DNA of 58,921 nt, the filler included. It is 3 parts of 3 records of this genome, joined end to end, with 100 filler letters (N's around TTAATTAATTAA, not from the genome) between each part and the next. Parts side by side here need not be neighbours in the genome. Positions count along the whole stretch, not along the records: positions 1 to 25,532 come from SRR22947727_518; 2 more parts are not named here. One strand, written 5' to 3'. The notes under the pieces were generated by a model that did not search any database, had not been told where the DNA came from, and worked only from the letters and a program-made list of their open reading frames with translations. Numbering within the stretch: position 1 is the first letter of the stretch; each line of letters begins with the position of its first letter. Positions 1 through 10,120 of the stretch are shown in pieces. Position numbers and translations under genes: made by a program.

Positions 1-1418
1 TTGAAGTACTCCGCATAATAAATGAACCAACAGCTGCTGCTCTTGCCTATGGTATGAATAAAGAAGATGGTAAGACAATTGCTGTATATGACCTTGGTGG
101 CGGTACCTTTGACGTATCAATCTTAGAAATAGGAGATGGGGTATTCGAGGTAAAAGCTACTAACGGAGATACTTTCCTTGGTGGTGAAGACTTTGACATG
201 CACATAGTTGAGTACTTCAATGACGAATTCAAAAAAGAAAGCGGTATTGATTTAAAATCAGATAAACTTGCGCTTCAACGACTAAGGGAAGAAGCAGAAA
301 AAGCTAAAAAAGAACTCTCAACTGCTTCATCATATGAAGTTAATCTGCCGTTCATAACTGCAGACGCGACTGGGCCTAAGCATTTCAATATGAAATTAAC
401 GCGAGCTAAGCTTGAATCGCTTGTGGCTGATTTAATAAAAAGAACAATTGCGCCATGTAAAAAAGCTCTTACTGATGCAGGCCTAAAAGCCGGGGATATA
501 GATGAAATTGTTCTTGTAGGAGGCATGACACGTATGCCTGCAGTTCAAGAAGCAGTAACCAAGTTTTTCGGTAAAGAGCCGCATAAAGGCGTTAACCCTG
601 ACGAAGTTGTGGCCATGGGCGCAGCAATTCAAGCTGGAGTTCTACAGGGTGATGTTAAAGACGTCTTACTCCTTGATGTAACGCCACTATCTTTAGGAAT
701 TGAAACAGAAGGTGGTGTTTTTACTCGGATGATAGATCGCAACACAACAATCCCAACTAAGAAAAGCCAGGTTTATTCGACAGCTGCAGACAATCAATCA
801 GCCGTTACAATTAGAGTATCTCAAGGCGAAAGAGAAATGGCTGCTGACAACAAATTACTTGGACAGTTTGACCTTGTTGGTATACCGCCCGCCCCCCGGG
901 GCATGCCTCAAATTGAGGTTACTTTCGACATTGATGCCAATGGTATTGTTAACGTTTCAGCCAAAGATAATGCTACAGGAAAGGAACAGCAAATAAGAAT
1001 TCAAGCTTCAGGTGGACTCTCCGATGCAGATATAGAGGCGATGGTTAAAGATGCTGAAATGAATGCAGATGAAGATAAAGAACGCCGTGAGCTAGCAGAA
1101 GCTCGTAACAAGGCAGAGGCTTCAATTCATCAAGCAGAAACATCTTTGAAAGACTATGGAGATAAGGCCGAAGAAGAACTTAAAGCTGATATTGAGACTG
1201 CAGTCAAAGAACTTAAAGAGCTTAAGGACTCAGAAGACACGGCAGAGATACAAGACAAGACTGAAGTACTTTCAGCTGCTCTAATGAAAATGGGTGCTGC
1301 CATGTATGAAAGTGCATCTGCAGATGAGGACACAGGTCCTGCAAAAGAGGCAGACGATGCTGAAGACGATATTGTTGATGCAGAATTTGAAGATGTAACA
1401 GATGAGGAAAAAGCTTAA
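1..1418 (+). CDS. dnaK: Chaperone DnaK (Hsp70), 5'-truncated by the window edge
   Basis: Frame is open from position 3 ([17 protein letters not shown]). Motifs [34 protein letters not shown]; acidic C-terminus [10 protein letters not shown]. Confidence 0.99.
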   Translation, partial: EVLRIINEPTAAALAYGMNKEDGKTIAVYDLGGGTFDVSILEIGDGVFEVKATNGDTFLGGEDFDMHIVEYFNDEFKKESGIDLKSDKLALQRLREEAEKAKKELSTASSYEVNLPFITADATGPKHFNMKLTRAKLESLVADLIKRTIAPCKKALTDAGLKAGDIDEIVLVGGMTRMPAVQEAVTKFFGKEPHKGVNPDEVVAMGAAIQAGVLQGDVKDVLLLDVTPLSLGIETEGGVFTRMIDRNTTIPTKKSQVYSTAADNQSAVTIRVSQGEREMAADNKLLGQFDLVGIPPAPRGMPQIEVTFDIDANGIVNVSAKDNATGKEQQIRIQASGGLSDADIEAMVKDAEMNADEDKERRELAEARNKAEASIHQAETSLKDYGDKAEEELKADIETAVKELKELKDSEDTAEIQDKTEVLSAALMKMGAAMYESASADEDTGPAKEADDAEDDIVDAEFEDVTDEEKA

Positions 1419-1444
1419 AACATTCCAAATCAATTTATAGTAAT

Positions 1445-1484
1445 AAAGCCCTATATACTTTTTATTTAGAGTATATAGGGCTTT
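1445..1484 (+). terminator. Intrinsic terminator-like hairpin between dnaK and dnaJ
   Basis: Perfect 15-bp inverted repeat AAAGCCCTATATACT / AGTATATAGGGCTTT with a 10-nt loop, ending in a short T run. Confidence 0.65.
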
Positions 1485-1602
1485 TCCATCAATAAATACT
1501 ACATCCAGGTATTTCATAACAAGCCTCGCATTGAATTATCAGTCTCCAATGATTATCTGACCACTATAATTATGATTAATATGACTCTTAAGAGGGCGTG
1601 CC

Positions 1603-2757
1603 ATGTCAAAACGTGACTATTACGACGTACTGGGTGTAGACAAGACAGCCGATGAAAAAACTATGAAATCATCCTTTCGGAAGAAAGCGATGGAGTGCCA
1701 CCCTGACAGACACCCTGACGACCCGAAAGCAGAAGCACGTTTCAAAGAATTAAATGAAGCTTATGGAGTACTATCAGATAAACAAAAACGTTCTGCCTAT
1801 GACAGAATGGGACATAGTGCCTTCGAGCAAGGTGGTATGGGCGGCGGCTCAGCAGGCTTTCAGGACTTTGGAGATATATTTTCACAAATCTTTGGTGGAG
1901 CAGGGTCAGGTGGAGGTTTCTCAGATATGTTTGGTGGTGGGGGCGGAGGACGTCGTCAGCAAGCTGCTAGAGGGTCTGACCTCAGGTATGAAATGGATAT
2001 TTCCCTTGAAGAGGCATACAGTGGAAAAGATGTAGATATAACAATTCCTATTGCTGGGGATTGCGATCGATGTGATGGCTTAGGTGCGGAGCCGGGCGCT
2101 TCAGTAGAAACCTGCAGTACTTGTAAGGGTTCTGGAAGAGTACGAACGCAACAGGGGTTTTTTACAATGGAACGTGCTTGCTCAACATGCGGTGGGCAAG
2201 GAGAATACGTATCCAACCCATGCAAAAAATGTGATGGTCAAGGCCAAATTAGACAAAAAACAGATCTTGATGTTACGATTCCAGCAGGAGTTGAAGATGG
2301 CACAAGGATTAGGCTATCAGGGCAGGGAGATGCGGCGCCTAGAGGTAGGGGGCAGTCAGGCGATCTCTATATTTTCATTTCAGTCAAACCACATGAATTA
2401 TTTGAACGCGAAGGCCCAAATTTATTCTGCAATGCACCTCTACCAATGACAACAGCGACCCTTGGAGGTGAAATAGAAATACCTACAATTGATGGGGGTA
2501 GGTCTAAAATAAAAATACCAGAAGGTAGTCAAAGTGGTAAACGCATGAGGTTAAGAGGCAAAGGGATGAGTGTTCTGCGGTCTTCCCAACGTGGGGATAT
2601 GTATGTGGAGCTCTCCATTGAAACTCCAACAAAATTAAATAAAAAACAGCGTAAACTACTAGAAGAATTCGCTGAAATTTCTGGTGACGATATTAGCCCA
2701 GAATCAGCTAACTTTTTTGGTAAGGCTCGTCGTTTCTGGGATAGTCTTGTTGAGTAA
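1603..2757 (+). CDS. dnaJ: Chaperone DnaJ
   Basis: J-domain with HPD, G/F-rich linker, four CxxCxGxG repeats; directly downstream of dnaK. Confidence 0.99.
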   Translation: MSKRDYYDVLGVDKTADEKTMKSSFRKKAMECHPDRHPDDPKAEARFKELNEAYGVLSDKQKRSAYDRMGHSAFEQGGMGGGSAGFQDFGDIFSQIFGGAGSGGGFSDMFGGGGGGRRQQAARGSDLRYEMDISLEEAYSGKDVDITIPIAGDCDRCDGLGAEPGASVETCSTCKGSGRVRTQQGFFTMERACSTCGGQGEYVSNPCKKCDGQGQIRQKTDLDVTIPAGVEDGTRIRLSGQGDAAPRGRGQSGDLYIFISVKPHELFEREGPNLFCNAPLPMTTATLGGEIEIPTIDGGRSKIKIPEGSQSGKRMRLRGKGMSVLRSSQRGDMYVELSIETPTKLNKKQRKLLEEFAEISGDDISPESANFFGKARRFWDSLVE

Positions 2758-2767
2758 ACTTTAATTT

Positions 2768-4213
2768 TCAAACAGACACATAACCTAAAATAATATAAAG
2801 TAGTGTGGTTATAACTCCGCCAATTAAAGCATAAGGCACTTGCGTCCTAATATGGTCAATATGATCACTTGCCGTAGCCATAGATGTAATAATTGATGTA
2901 TCGGAAGTGGGTGAACAGTGATCACCAAAAACTCCTCCTCCTAATGCAGCTGCTATTGCAAGACTAATGTTAGTTTCCATCCCCTGGGCAAGCGGGATAG
3001 CGATTGCAATCATAATAGCAAAAGTCCCCCAGCTTGTTCCAGTGCTGAAGGCAACGAAACAAGCTACTAGGAAGATTAATGCAGGAACAAGAGCTGGACT
3101 AACAAACTGTTTAGCAGTTTCAGCCACATAAAGACCCGTACCCAAATCGTTACACAATGATCCAATTGCGAATGCCAGCACCATAAGAATTGCCAGAGGT
3201 ACCATTCCAGACATTCCCTGTAATGAAAGTTTAAAGCTTTCCCTCACACCTAGCCTGCCGGCTAATTTATACATAATTATGGCTAGGGAACTTGCGGTTG
3301 TAGTGGCATATAGTACAGCCTTAGAGCCAGATCCTGACTGCAAGGCAAAAAACCATCCTTTATCACCATCTCCAGTCATAATTAAAAAAAATGGCATTAA
3401 TATTACCATAGAAACAATCGGAACAACCATGTATCTTGCGCAAGGCTTTAAACTCTCTTTCATTTGAATTTCTGAAGTCCCGCTACTCATCATAGGAACC
3501 GCGTTTTTGCGCAATAAAGACCCTCGCAATTCTGCTGTCTTCATTTCTCCGATATCTTTTCCAGAAATAATAACAAACACAACAGTAATAATAACAATCA
3601 TAGGGTAAAAATTGTATAATGTAGCTTTTAATAATTCTGCAAATCCATTTTCTAGACCCTGCGCCATTATCAATCCCGCAATGAAAGCGCCCCAAGCGTT
3701 AAAAGGTACTAAAATACAAGATGGTGCAGATGCACTATCGGTTATATATGCTAATTTTTCGCGTGGTATTTTAAGTTTATCAAAGACAGGTCTGTATAAT
3801 GTGCCGACTGTTAGTATGGAAATATTACTTTCTACAAATATTATCAATCCAGTAAAAAAGGCCATCAGTTCAACACGAATACGTGTTAGCCTTTTGCTTT
3901 TAAAATCTGAATTCTTTAAAGCTGAGAGCAAGATATTTATAAAACCACTTACCCCTCCTGACCTCTGGATAAGGGCAATTAAGGCGCCAACAATCAGTGT
4001 AAATATAATAATTCTTGTATTTCCAGGATCCTCAAAAACCTTAACAAGCCCATCTATTGTTTCTAATGATGCAGTAAATAAGTTTCCTTCAGCTAAAATT
4101 AAAAAACCAATCCATATACCAAATAATAATGAAAGAAAAATTTCACGCGTCCAAAGAGCAAGCCCAATAGCCACAATAGGTGGCAACAATGAAATTAAAC
4201 CATAATTATCCAT
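2768..4213 (-). CDS. Na+/H+ antiporter NhaC-family / amino-acid transporter
   Basis: Polytopic membrane protein with AFSTGTSWGTFAIM and GGVFGDHCSP motifs. Probable ATG start at 4213 (ORF track starts at a GTG at 4237). Confidence 0.8.
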   Translation of the reverse strand: MDNYGLISLLPPIVAIGLALWTREIFLSLLFGIWIGFLILAEGNLFTASLETIDGLVKVFEDPGNTRIIIFTLIVGALIALIQRSGGVSGFINILLSALKNSDFKSKRLTRIRVELMAFFTGLIIFVESNISILTVGTLYRPVFDKLKIPREKLAYITDSASAPSCILVPFNAWGAFIAGLIMAQGLENGFAELLKATLYNFYPMIVIITVVFVIISGKDIGEMKTAELRGSLLRKNAVPMMSSGTSEIQMKESLKPCARYMVVPIVSMVILMPFFLIMTGDGDKGWFFALQSGSGSKAVLYATTTASSLAIIMYKLAGRLGVRESFKLSLQGMSGMVPLAILMVLAFAIGSLCNDLGTGLYVAETAKQFVSPALVPALIFLVACFVAFSTGTSWGTFAIMIAIAIPLAQGMETNISLAIAAALGGGVFGDHCSPTSDTSIITSMATASDHIDHIRTQVPYALIGGVITTLLYIILGYVSV

Positions 4214-4300
4214 ATGGAACCTATAATCAATTTTCACTAAATAACAAAAAAATAATCTATATTGATTTTAACTGAACGCTATGGCTTAAGAAGAGATATT

Positions 4301-5599
4301 ATGGTCTTATTCTTTCAGCGTAAATTCTTACCGTTATTCATTCTTTTTCAAGCTGGAACAATAAACGATAATATATTGAAAAATGCGCTTATCGCGCTTG
4401 TTACATACGGCGGCATGATCCTATTTTCAGAAACAATGCCAAGAGACGGACTCGTAGCTACAGCCGCTCTATTATTTACTTTACCCTTTTTGATTCTCTG
4501 TACAATTGCGGGACAGATTGCCGATAAAATTGACCGCAGTATAGTTTTAAAGTGGGTTAAAAGGGCAGAGGTGATAATTATGATAATCGCGGCTATAGGG
4601 TTTTACTCTGAGAGCACGTATATCTTAGCCTTCGCTCTTTTTTTAATGGGCGCACAATCAGCATTTTTTTCTCCTACTAAAAATGCAGTTCTACCCCAAT
4701 GGCTTGAAGAAAAAGACCTTATAAAAGCTAACGGCATTCTAAGTGGTTTTCAGTTTTTTAGTATTTTATTAGGTATGATAATAGGAATTAAAGTTGTTTT
4801 ACTAGGCCCTATTGCAGAAGCACTTTCAGGTCCAAAATTAGTAGCATTTATATTGCTAACATTAAGTCTAGTCGGCTGGTATGCAGCTGAAAAATTACCG
4901 GAAGCTCCCGCCCCTCAGCCATTACTCAAAATAAATTACAACCCCATTACCTCTATCATAAATGTTATGAAAACATCTTTCAGGCACACCCCAGTATTAA
5001 GGCCTATGTTAGGAATTGCTTGGTTTTACGGATTTTCAAATATTTTAATTCTTGTTCTACCCGTTCTCGTAGCAGATATTTTAAAATATGATGCTAGTGT
5101 ATTAATCTATGTATTAGTTGCGTCTACAGTTGGTATTTTAATTGGCTCCTTACTTTGTCTTGTTTTAGCCAAAGGCAAAGAAGCTAGAGGTCTCATTGCT
5201 TTTGGTATCATTGGAGTAATGCTTTTTACTTTGGACCTCTATCTAAATACAGACACCTCAAACAGAACAACACTTGGCAACGTAGATGCATTCATGTCGG
5301 ACCCAGGAACTTTTAGATTTATGATAGCAATAATAGGTTCGTCAGTCTGCGCTGGAATGTATGTAGTTCCTTTACAGGCCATGGCTCAGAGACGTTCTCC
5401 AAACAAAGTTAGAGCACGTCTTATGAGTGCTGGCTCAGTATTACTAAATGCATCGGTTAACATAATTACTTTCGGATTAATTGGATTAAGCTTTACAGCA
5501 ATGAAGCCCGCAACTCCTTTTTTAGCTATAGTCATCATATCTGCTCCTATATCACTATATGCTGTCTATAAATTTTTCAAAACATTGAGGGAAAAATAA
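4301..5599 (+). CDS. MFS transporter, LplT/Aas-type lysophospholipid transporter-like
   Basis: About 12 hydrophobic segments; FLPLFILFQAGTINDNILKNAL, AGQIADK and QSAFFSPTKNAVLP match the MFS domain of Aas-like proteins. Probable ATG at 4301. Confidence 0.75.
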   Translation: MVLFFQRKFLPLFILFQAGTINDNILKNALIALVTYGGMILFSETMPRDGLVATAALLFTLPFLILCTIAGQIADKIDRSIVLKWVKRAEVIIMIIAAIGFYSESTYILAFALFLMGAQSAFFSPTKNAVLPQWLEEKDLIKANGILSGFQFFSILLGMIIGIKVVLLGPIAEALSGPKLVAFILLTLSLVGWYAAEKLPEAPAPQPLLKINYNPITSIINVMKTSFRHTPVLRPMLGIAWFYGFSNILILVLPVLVADILKYDASVLIYVLVASTVGILIGSLLCLVLAKGKEARGLIAFGIIGVMLFTLDLYLNTDTSNRTTLGNVDAFMSDPGTFRFMIAIIGSSVCAGMYVVPLQAMAQRRSPNKVRARLMSAGSVLLNASVNIITFGLIGLSFTAMKPATPFLAIVIISAPISLYAVYKFFKTLREK

Positions 5600-5603
5600 A
5601 ATC

Positions 5604-6128
5604 ATGCGGGGTTATTTTGGTGTTGGAATAGAGGGTATTTCTAAATCTTATAATTTAGGAGCTATACTTAGAACTTCCAATGCATTCGGGGCAAGTTTTG
5701 CCTTTACTATAGGCGCAACAAACAAAGCTTTGGAAGTAAAACGAACAGATACTTCTAAATCTGAAAACCATATGCCTTTTTATGAATGGGATAACCCCAA
5801 AAATTTAGTTATTCCTAAAAATTGCAAGCTTGTAGGTGTAGAATTAACTAGAGATTCAATTAATTTACCGAGCTTTCGGCATCCAATGAATTGTATTTAT
5901 ATGCTTGGGCCTGAAAAAGGTAGCCTTTCCAATGAAATCCAAGACCGGTGTGATTATCTTGTTAAAATACCAACGAAATTTTGTATTAATGTAGGCCTAG
6001 CTTGCGCTTTAACTTTATACGACAGATCTATAATGCTAGGGGGATATCCAGAGCGCCCTGTAAAAATTGGAGGCCCAAATGAAAACTGGGTTAAACCATT
6101 AAAAAAAGGTAATCAAAAATTTATATGA
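5604..6128 (+). CDS. SpoU/TrmH-family RNA methyltransferase
   Basis: SPOUT motifs NLGAILRT, LGPEKGSL, KIPTKFCINVG. Confidence 0.9.
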   Translation: MRGYFGVGIEGISKSYNLGAILRTSNAFGASFAFTIGATNKALEVKRTDTSKSENHMPFYEWDNPKNLVIPKNCKLVGVELTRDSINLPSFRHPMNCIYMLGPEKGSLSNEIQDRCDYLVKIPTKFCINVGLACALTLYDRSIMLGGYPERPVKIGGPNENWVKPLKKGNQKFI

Positions 6129-6171
6129 AGCATAACTTTCTTTTTGTAGATGAATAAAATATAGCAGAGAA

Positions 6172-6672
6172 ATGAAAATATTTATTCTTACACTGTTTAT
6201 ATTAATATCTTTACCAAAAAATGTCCTGGCCTCTAGTCCTACGCTTGAAGGTTCATTCGTAGATTGGAATGTTTTTTCCATCACAGATGGAGGCGATAAA
6301 ATATGTTGGGCTCTCACGAAGCCATTATCAAAATCTCCAAAATCCGTTAACCATGGAGATGTATATTTTATGGTGTCGAGTTGGAAGTCAGGCTCTGCTA
6401 AAGAACAACCAAGCTTTTATGCTGGCTACGATCTCAAAAGCAACAGAACGCCAATTGTACGTGTCAAAAATAATAGATTTAAAATGTTTGCTTCTGCAAA
6501 TGAAGGGTTTGTCGAAAATAATGCAGATGAACGGTCTTTAGTATCTAAAATGCGTTCAGGTGCGACAATGCAATTAGAGGCAGTTAGCAGTAGAGAAACA
6601 AAAGTAAATTATTCGTTTTCCCTCAAAGGTGTTACAGCTGCACTCAAAAAAGCACGTGCAATATGCAGTTGA
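6172..6672 (+). CDS. Invasion-associated locus B (IalB)-family exported protein
   Basis: Signal peptide; GSFVDWNVF...KICWALTKP and YSFSLKGVTAALKKARAIC with two paired Cys. Confidence 0.75.
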   Translation: MKIFILTLFILISLPKNVLASSPTLEGSFVDWNVFSITDGGDKICWALTKPLSKSPKSVNHGDVYFMVSSWKSGSAKEQPSFYAGYDLKSNRTPIVRVKNNRFKMFASANEGFVENNADERSLVSKMRSGATMQLEAVSSRETKVNYSFSLKGVTAALKKARAICS

Positions 6673-6686
6673 AATAGACTGCTTTT

Positions 6687-7859
6687 TTAAGCGCTTTCAA
6701 TAGTAAAAGTAAGACCGGCTTTAGAAATCAGACGCTCTATTAATGCCGCTCCCATTGCAGGAGCCGGGGTATATATACCACCAGGAGTTTTTTCGCGTGA
6801 TACATCCATTGCTAGACATAGAGCCGACTCCGCAATCATCTTTGAAGTGGATCCATATCCCGGATCTCTATCGCCTTTAACTGAAGCGATAAGGGTTTCG
6901 CCCCCCTTAAAGTTACCCACAAACATAATATCATAATAGCCCGTATCACGCTCTTCTTTACTAGGCCCATCGCCGGGTTTTGGAGGATTTTTAGCCAGTG
7001 AGTTATCTCCAGCTACATGATTAGCAACAGCTTTTCCCTCTTCGCCTGGACCTGTAAGCATCATTTCATCATAAATAAAGTCTACCCCGTAAAGGTGGCC
7101 TAATAAAGCATTTGAACGGTGAACGTTCTTTGTATTTATGGATGCCATAATAAAAGGTGCAGCCCAACTACCAAGATCTTTCTCTTCCATTGGCTTATTT
7201 CCTTTCGGCTGTTCAGGTCCACTAAAGCCTGGCACTAATGAAAATGGGTCTTTAAGCCATTTTAGAACTTCCGGCTCTTGCATGGCGCGCTTCATAGTCT
7301 CTCCAAAACTTGCCGCTGTTCCTCCTGAAAAAGTACCTTTCATTTTACGAACCCGTCCTCGGACTTTGAGGCATGGCCTACCATACTTTGTGATCGCATG
7401 TTGTTGTAAAAAATATACCCCAAGATCAAATGGGATAGAATCAAAGCCACATGAGTGAACTATGCGTGCACCACTAATTCTAGCTAAATCACTATATTTA
7501 TTTATCGTGTCCACCATCCAAGGAGGCTCACCCGATAAATCTACATAGTCTGTACCCTCTTTGACACAAGCCCCTAATAGATTTTCACCATATAACTGAT
7601 AAGGCCCAACTGTTGTGCATATGGATTTTGAACGCGACGCCATTAATTCTAGTGAATTTACATCAGATGAGTCAGCTATGATAAAAGGAATACTCTGGGG
7701 TATTTTCATTTCATCACGAACTTCCTCGAGCTTACTAGCTGATCGGCCTGCCATTGCCCATGAAATTTTTTGGCCATATGTATTTTGTAAGTATTCTGCT
7801 ACCAAACGGCCTGTGAAACCAGTGGCCCCAAAAACAATAACATCAAATTCACGATCCAT
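6687..7859 (-). CDS. Saccharopine dehydrogenase-like oxidoreductase (trans-acting enoyl reductase family)
   Basis: FGATGFTG Rossmann motif, TVGPY, DYVDLSGE, HSCGFDSIPFDLG, DPGYGSTSKM. Confidence 0.9.
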   Translation of the reverse strand: MDREFDVIVFGATGFTGRLVAEYLQNTYGQKISWAMAGRSASKLEEVRDEMKIPQSIPFIIADSSDVNSLELMASRSKSICTTVGPYQLYGENLLGACVKEGTDYVDLSGEPPWMVDTINKYSDLARISGARIVHSCGFDSIPFDLGVYFLQQHAITKYGRPCLKVRGRVRKMKGTFSGGTAASFGETMKRAMQEPEVLKWLKDPFSLVPGFSGPEQPKGNKPMEEKDLGSWAAPFIMASINTKNVHRSNALLGHLYGVDFIYDEMMLTGPGEEGKAVANHVAGDNSLAKNPPKPGDGPSKEERDTGYYDIMFVGNFKGGETLIASVKGDRDPGYGSTSKMIAESALCLAMDVSREKTPGGIYTPAPAMGAALIERLISKAGLTFTIESA

Positions 7860-7871
7860 ATATTTCTCTCC

Positions 7872-7903
7872 TACAATATATGCAATTTATTGCATATATT
7901 GTA
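7872..7903. promoter_or_regulatory. 32-bp palindrome abutting the RBS of the 6687-7859 gene
   Basis: TACAATATATGCAAT-TT-ATTGCATATATTGTA, perfect 15-bp arms. Function is not determinable from sequence. Confidence 0.45.
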
Positions 7904-7946
7904 TTTTGTAGCAAACTTTTATGGTTCCTAGCCAACTTAAATATAA

Positions 7947-8912
7947 CTACTCATTTGTGCTAGTAGCATTTGACTCACCCAACTCAAAAGACAATAGCCA
8001 ATCGTACAGTTCGTTGCTGGAGTACACACGTGTCCATGCATCGTGTCCCATATCTTCATGCACAGTAAAGCGTACATTTTCATGGCCGAGCTGCTCTAGT
8101 TTATCTAAACCTGCATAGAAATATTTAATCTCTACAGTAGCATCTCTACCTCCAGAAAATTGCCAAACAGGGAGATTTTGGGCTGCAATAGAATACATAA
8201 AACTTGGATGTCCCCAACCGACTACTGGTGCTATTGCTGCAAATCTATTAGGGTACTTACTGGCCATATACCAAGTCCCAAAACCACCATAGCTAAGCCC
8301 CGAAAGATATATTTTTTTTTGATTAACTCGGTATTTCTTTTTAACATTATCTAAAATAGTTATTAATTCTGGTGCAACTTTTTCCCATCCATCCGGTAAA
8401 AGCGGGGCAACCCTATCCATATTAATGAGTGAAGGTGTTCGCATTATACTTAATTCTTTTAAAAAGGCCGGTGGCCGATGCGGGACTCCCTTTAACAAAC
8501 GCACGGGTATATTTTTTTTAGAACGATTAGTTATGTAATCAATACCTTTATTGTCAAAATCAAACATTGGTAATTGAGGGGAAACAATAATAAATGGTAG
8601 GTCTTTTTTTTGAATCCAAGCTTCATATAAAGGTCCGTGCATTAATACATAATCGAGCTCATCTTTTCCATTTCCCCGCTCGCCATTGCCATGTAAAAAC
8701 ATTAAAATTGGCCAACTCATATTAGGTTGCGAATAATACTCTCTTGGCAAATACACAAAATAGTTTCGATCTTCTTGTTCAGATTGACTAAAATAAGTAT
8801 CTCTTTTGAGCTCAGATTCAGAAATTACTTTTTTTGTTGAGTTATCAATAGGAACATCACAGCCAATTATTAATATAAAAAAACTAATTACTAAGGATAA
8901 AAGAACTTTCAT
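7947..8912 (-). CDS. Alpha/beta-hydrolase (predicted peptidase/esterase), probable lipoprotein
   Basis: Lipobox-like LIIGC, FLHGNGE, nucleophile elbow GLSYGG, catalytic His in GHDAW. Confidence 0.8.
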   Translation of the reverse strand: MKVLLSLVISFFILIIGCDVPIDNSTKKVISESELKRDTYFSQSEQEDRNYFVYLPREYYSQPNMSWPILMFLHGNGERGNGKDELDYVLMHGPLYEAWIQKKDLPFIIVSPQLPMFDFDNKGIDYITNRSKKNIPVRLLKGVPHRPPAFLKELSIMRTPSLINMDRVAPLLPDGWEKVAPELITILDNVKKKYRVNQKKIYLSGLSYGGFGTWYMASKYPNRFAAIAPVVGWGHPSFMYSIAAQNLPVWQFSGGRDATVEIKYFYAGLDKLEQLGHENVRFTVHEDMGHDAWTRVYSSNELYDWLLSFELGESNATSTNE

Positions 8913-8925
8913 AAAAATCTCATAC

Positions 8926-10008
8926 TCAGTTTATTTTTACACGGCCAAGCTTTTCTGCGGTAAGGCTGGAAACATATAAATATCCATTATCAGTTATGAT
9001 GGCGCCTGTTGTACTAGGGTAGGACGATGTGGGGTCTTGCCATGTTTTTATAACATTCCCGTTAGCATCTATCTGTAGTATAAAACCATAGCTTACAGCT
9101 TGTGGGCGCATAAAAGGTGGAAAACGCATCGCTACCTTTCTATTGATTGGGTTGTCAGAATTATTATCAAGCCACTTAGATCGCTGAGAAACTAACCCGA
9201 TTAGAAATGTTTCTCGACCATCATTCATTATTGGCCCTCGATTTATATTATCGGGAAAGCCGGGTAAGTTGTCTAAGATAATTTTAGTATCACCATTAGG
9301 CAGTAATTTATGGAGTCGATACTTTCCTGTTTCTATCAAGAGAATTTCATTTTTAGAAGTGATAGCAACACCATTGGAAAATACATAACCTTCCTTTACC
9401 ACCTTAGTTTCTTTTGTCTTGGGGTTAAACGACAACAATCTTCCAGTTCCGCTATGTTCCATTAATTCTAACAAGCTAGCATCTAATGTTGTTCCAATAT
9501 TTTTAGCACCAAATTTTGTAGAAGCATCAGAAAAATAAATTATACCATCCCCAGCAATATCAAGGTCGTCTGCATATAAAATGGGGCTATTATCAACACT
9601 ATTTGTTAAAACATCAACTTTACCATCTTTAGAAATAGATAGCAGACCTCGAAAAGCATCAGCAACAATAAGGTTGCCATTTTTATCCATTTCCATTCCT
9701 AAGGCCGATCCTCCTGTATTGGCGTACTCTTTATGAGTTAGACTAATGGGGTCAATTTCAAGAATTATTCCCTCTTGTGATGAAGTATAGATTTTATTTT
9801 GATAAAAAACTATATCCTCAGGTCCATGCGTTGCACCAATATCAATTAGCTCTAATTTAGATAGATCTGAATTGGGGGCATAATCATCAATGTACCCCGC
9901 ATCTTCTAAAGCGGTCCAAGAAACAGGGTTGACGGGGACAGGCCATAAGAGCAAATATGCCACGATTGAAAGCAAACCTACAGCTATCAAAAATAAATTC
10001 CTCTTCAT
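8926..10008 (-). CDS. Strictosidine synthase / SMP-30-like beta-propeller protein
   Basis: N-terminal anchor, GPED, IYFSDAS, FSNGVA, LPGFPDNI. Confidence 0.9.
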   Translation of the reverse strand: MKRNLFLIAVGLLSIVAYLLLWPVPVNPVSWTALEDAGYIDDYAPNSDLSKLELIDIGATHGPEDIVFYQNKIYTSSQEGIILEIDPISLTHKEYANTGGSALGMEMDKNGNLIVADAFRGLLSISKDGKVDVLTNSVDNSPILYADDLDIAGDGIIYFSDASTKFGAKNIGTTLDASLLELMEHSGTGRLLSFNPKTKETKVVKEGYVFSNGVAITSKNEILLIETGKYRLHKLLPNGDTKIILDNLPGFPDNINRGPIMNDGRETFLIGLVSQRSKWLDNNSDNPINRKVAMRFPPFMRPQAVSYGFILQIDANGNVIKTWQDPTSSYPSTTGAIITDNGYLYVSSLTAEKLGRVKIN

Positions 10009-10120
10009 ATGAATCCCCTCAAACTATTTTAGCTTTTTTAATCCCTAATAAAAATTATAAATATTGACTTAATCTATGAAAATTTCTTATTAAAAGAAAC
10101 TTTCAACAATATGGCAGAGT

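Noticed and set aside
3612-4205. 197-aa plus-strand ORF and the many other 60-170 aa antisense or overlapping ORFs in the track
   Set aside because: They overlap well-supported genes on another frame or strand and show no recognisable motifs; treated as shadow ORFs.
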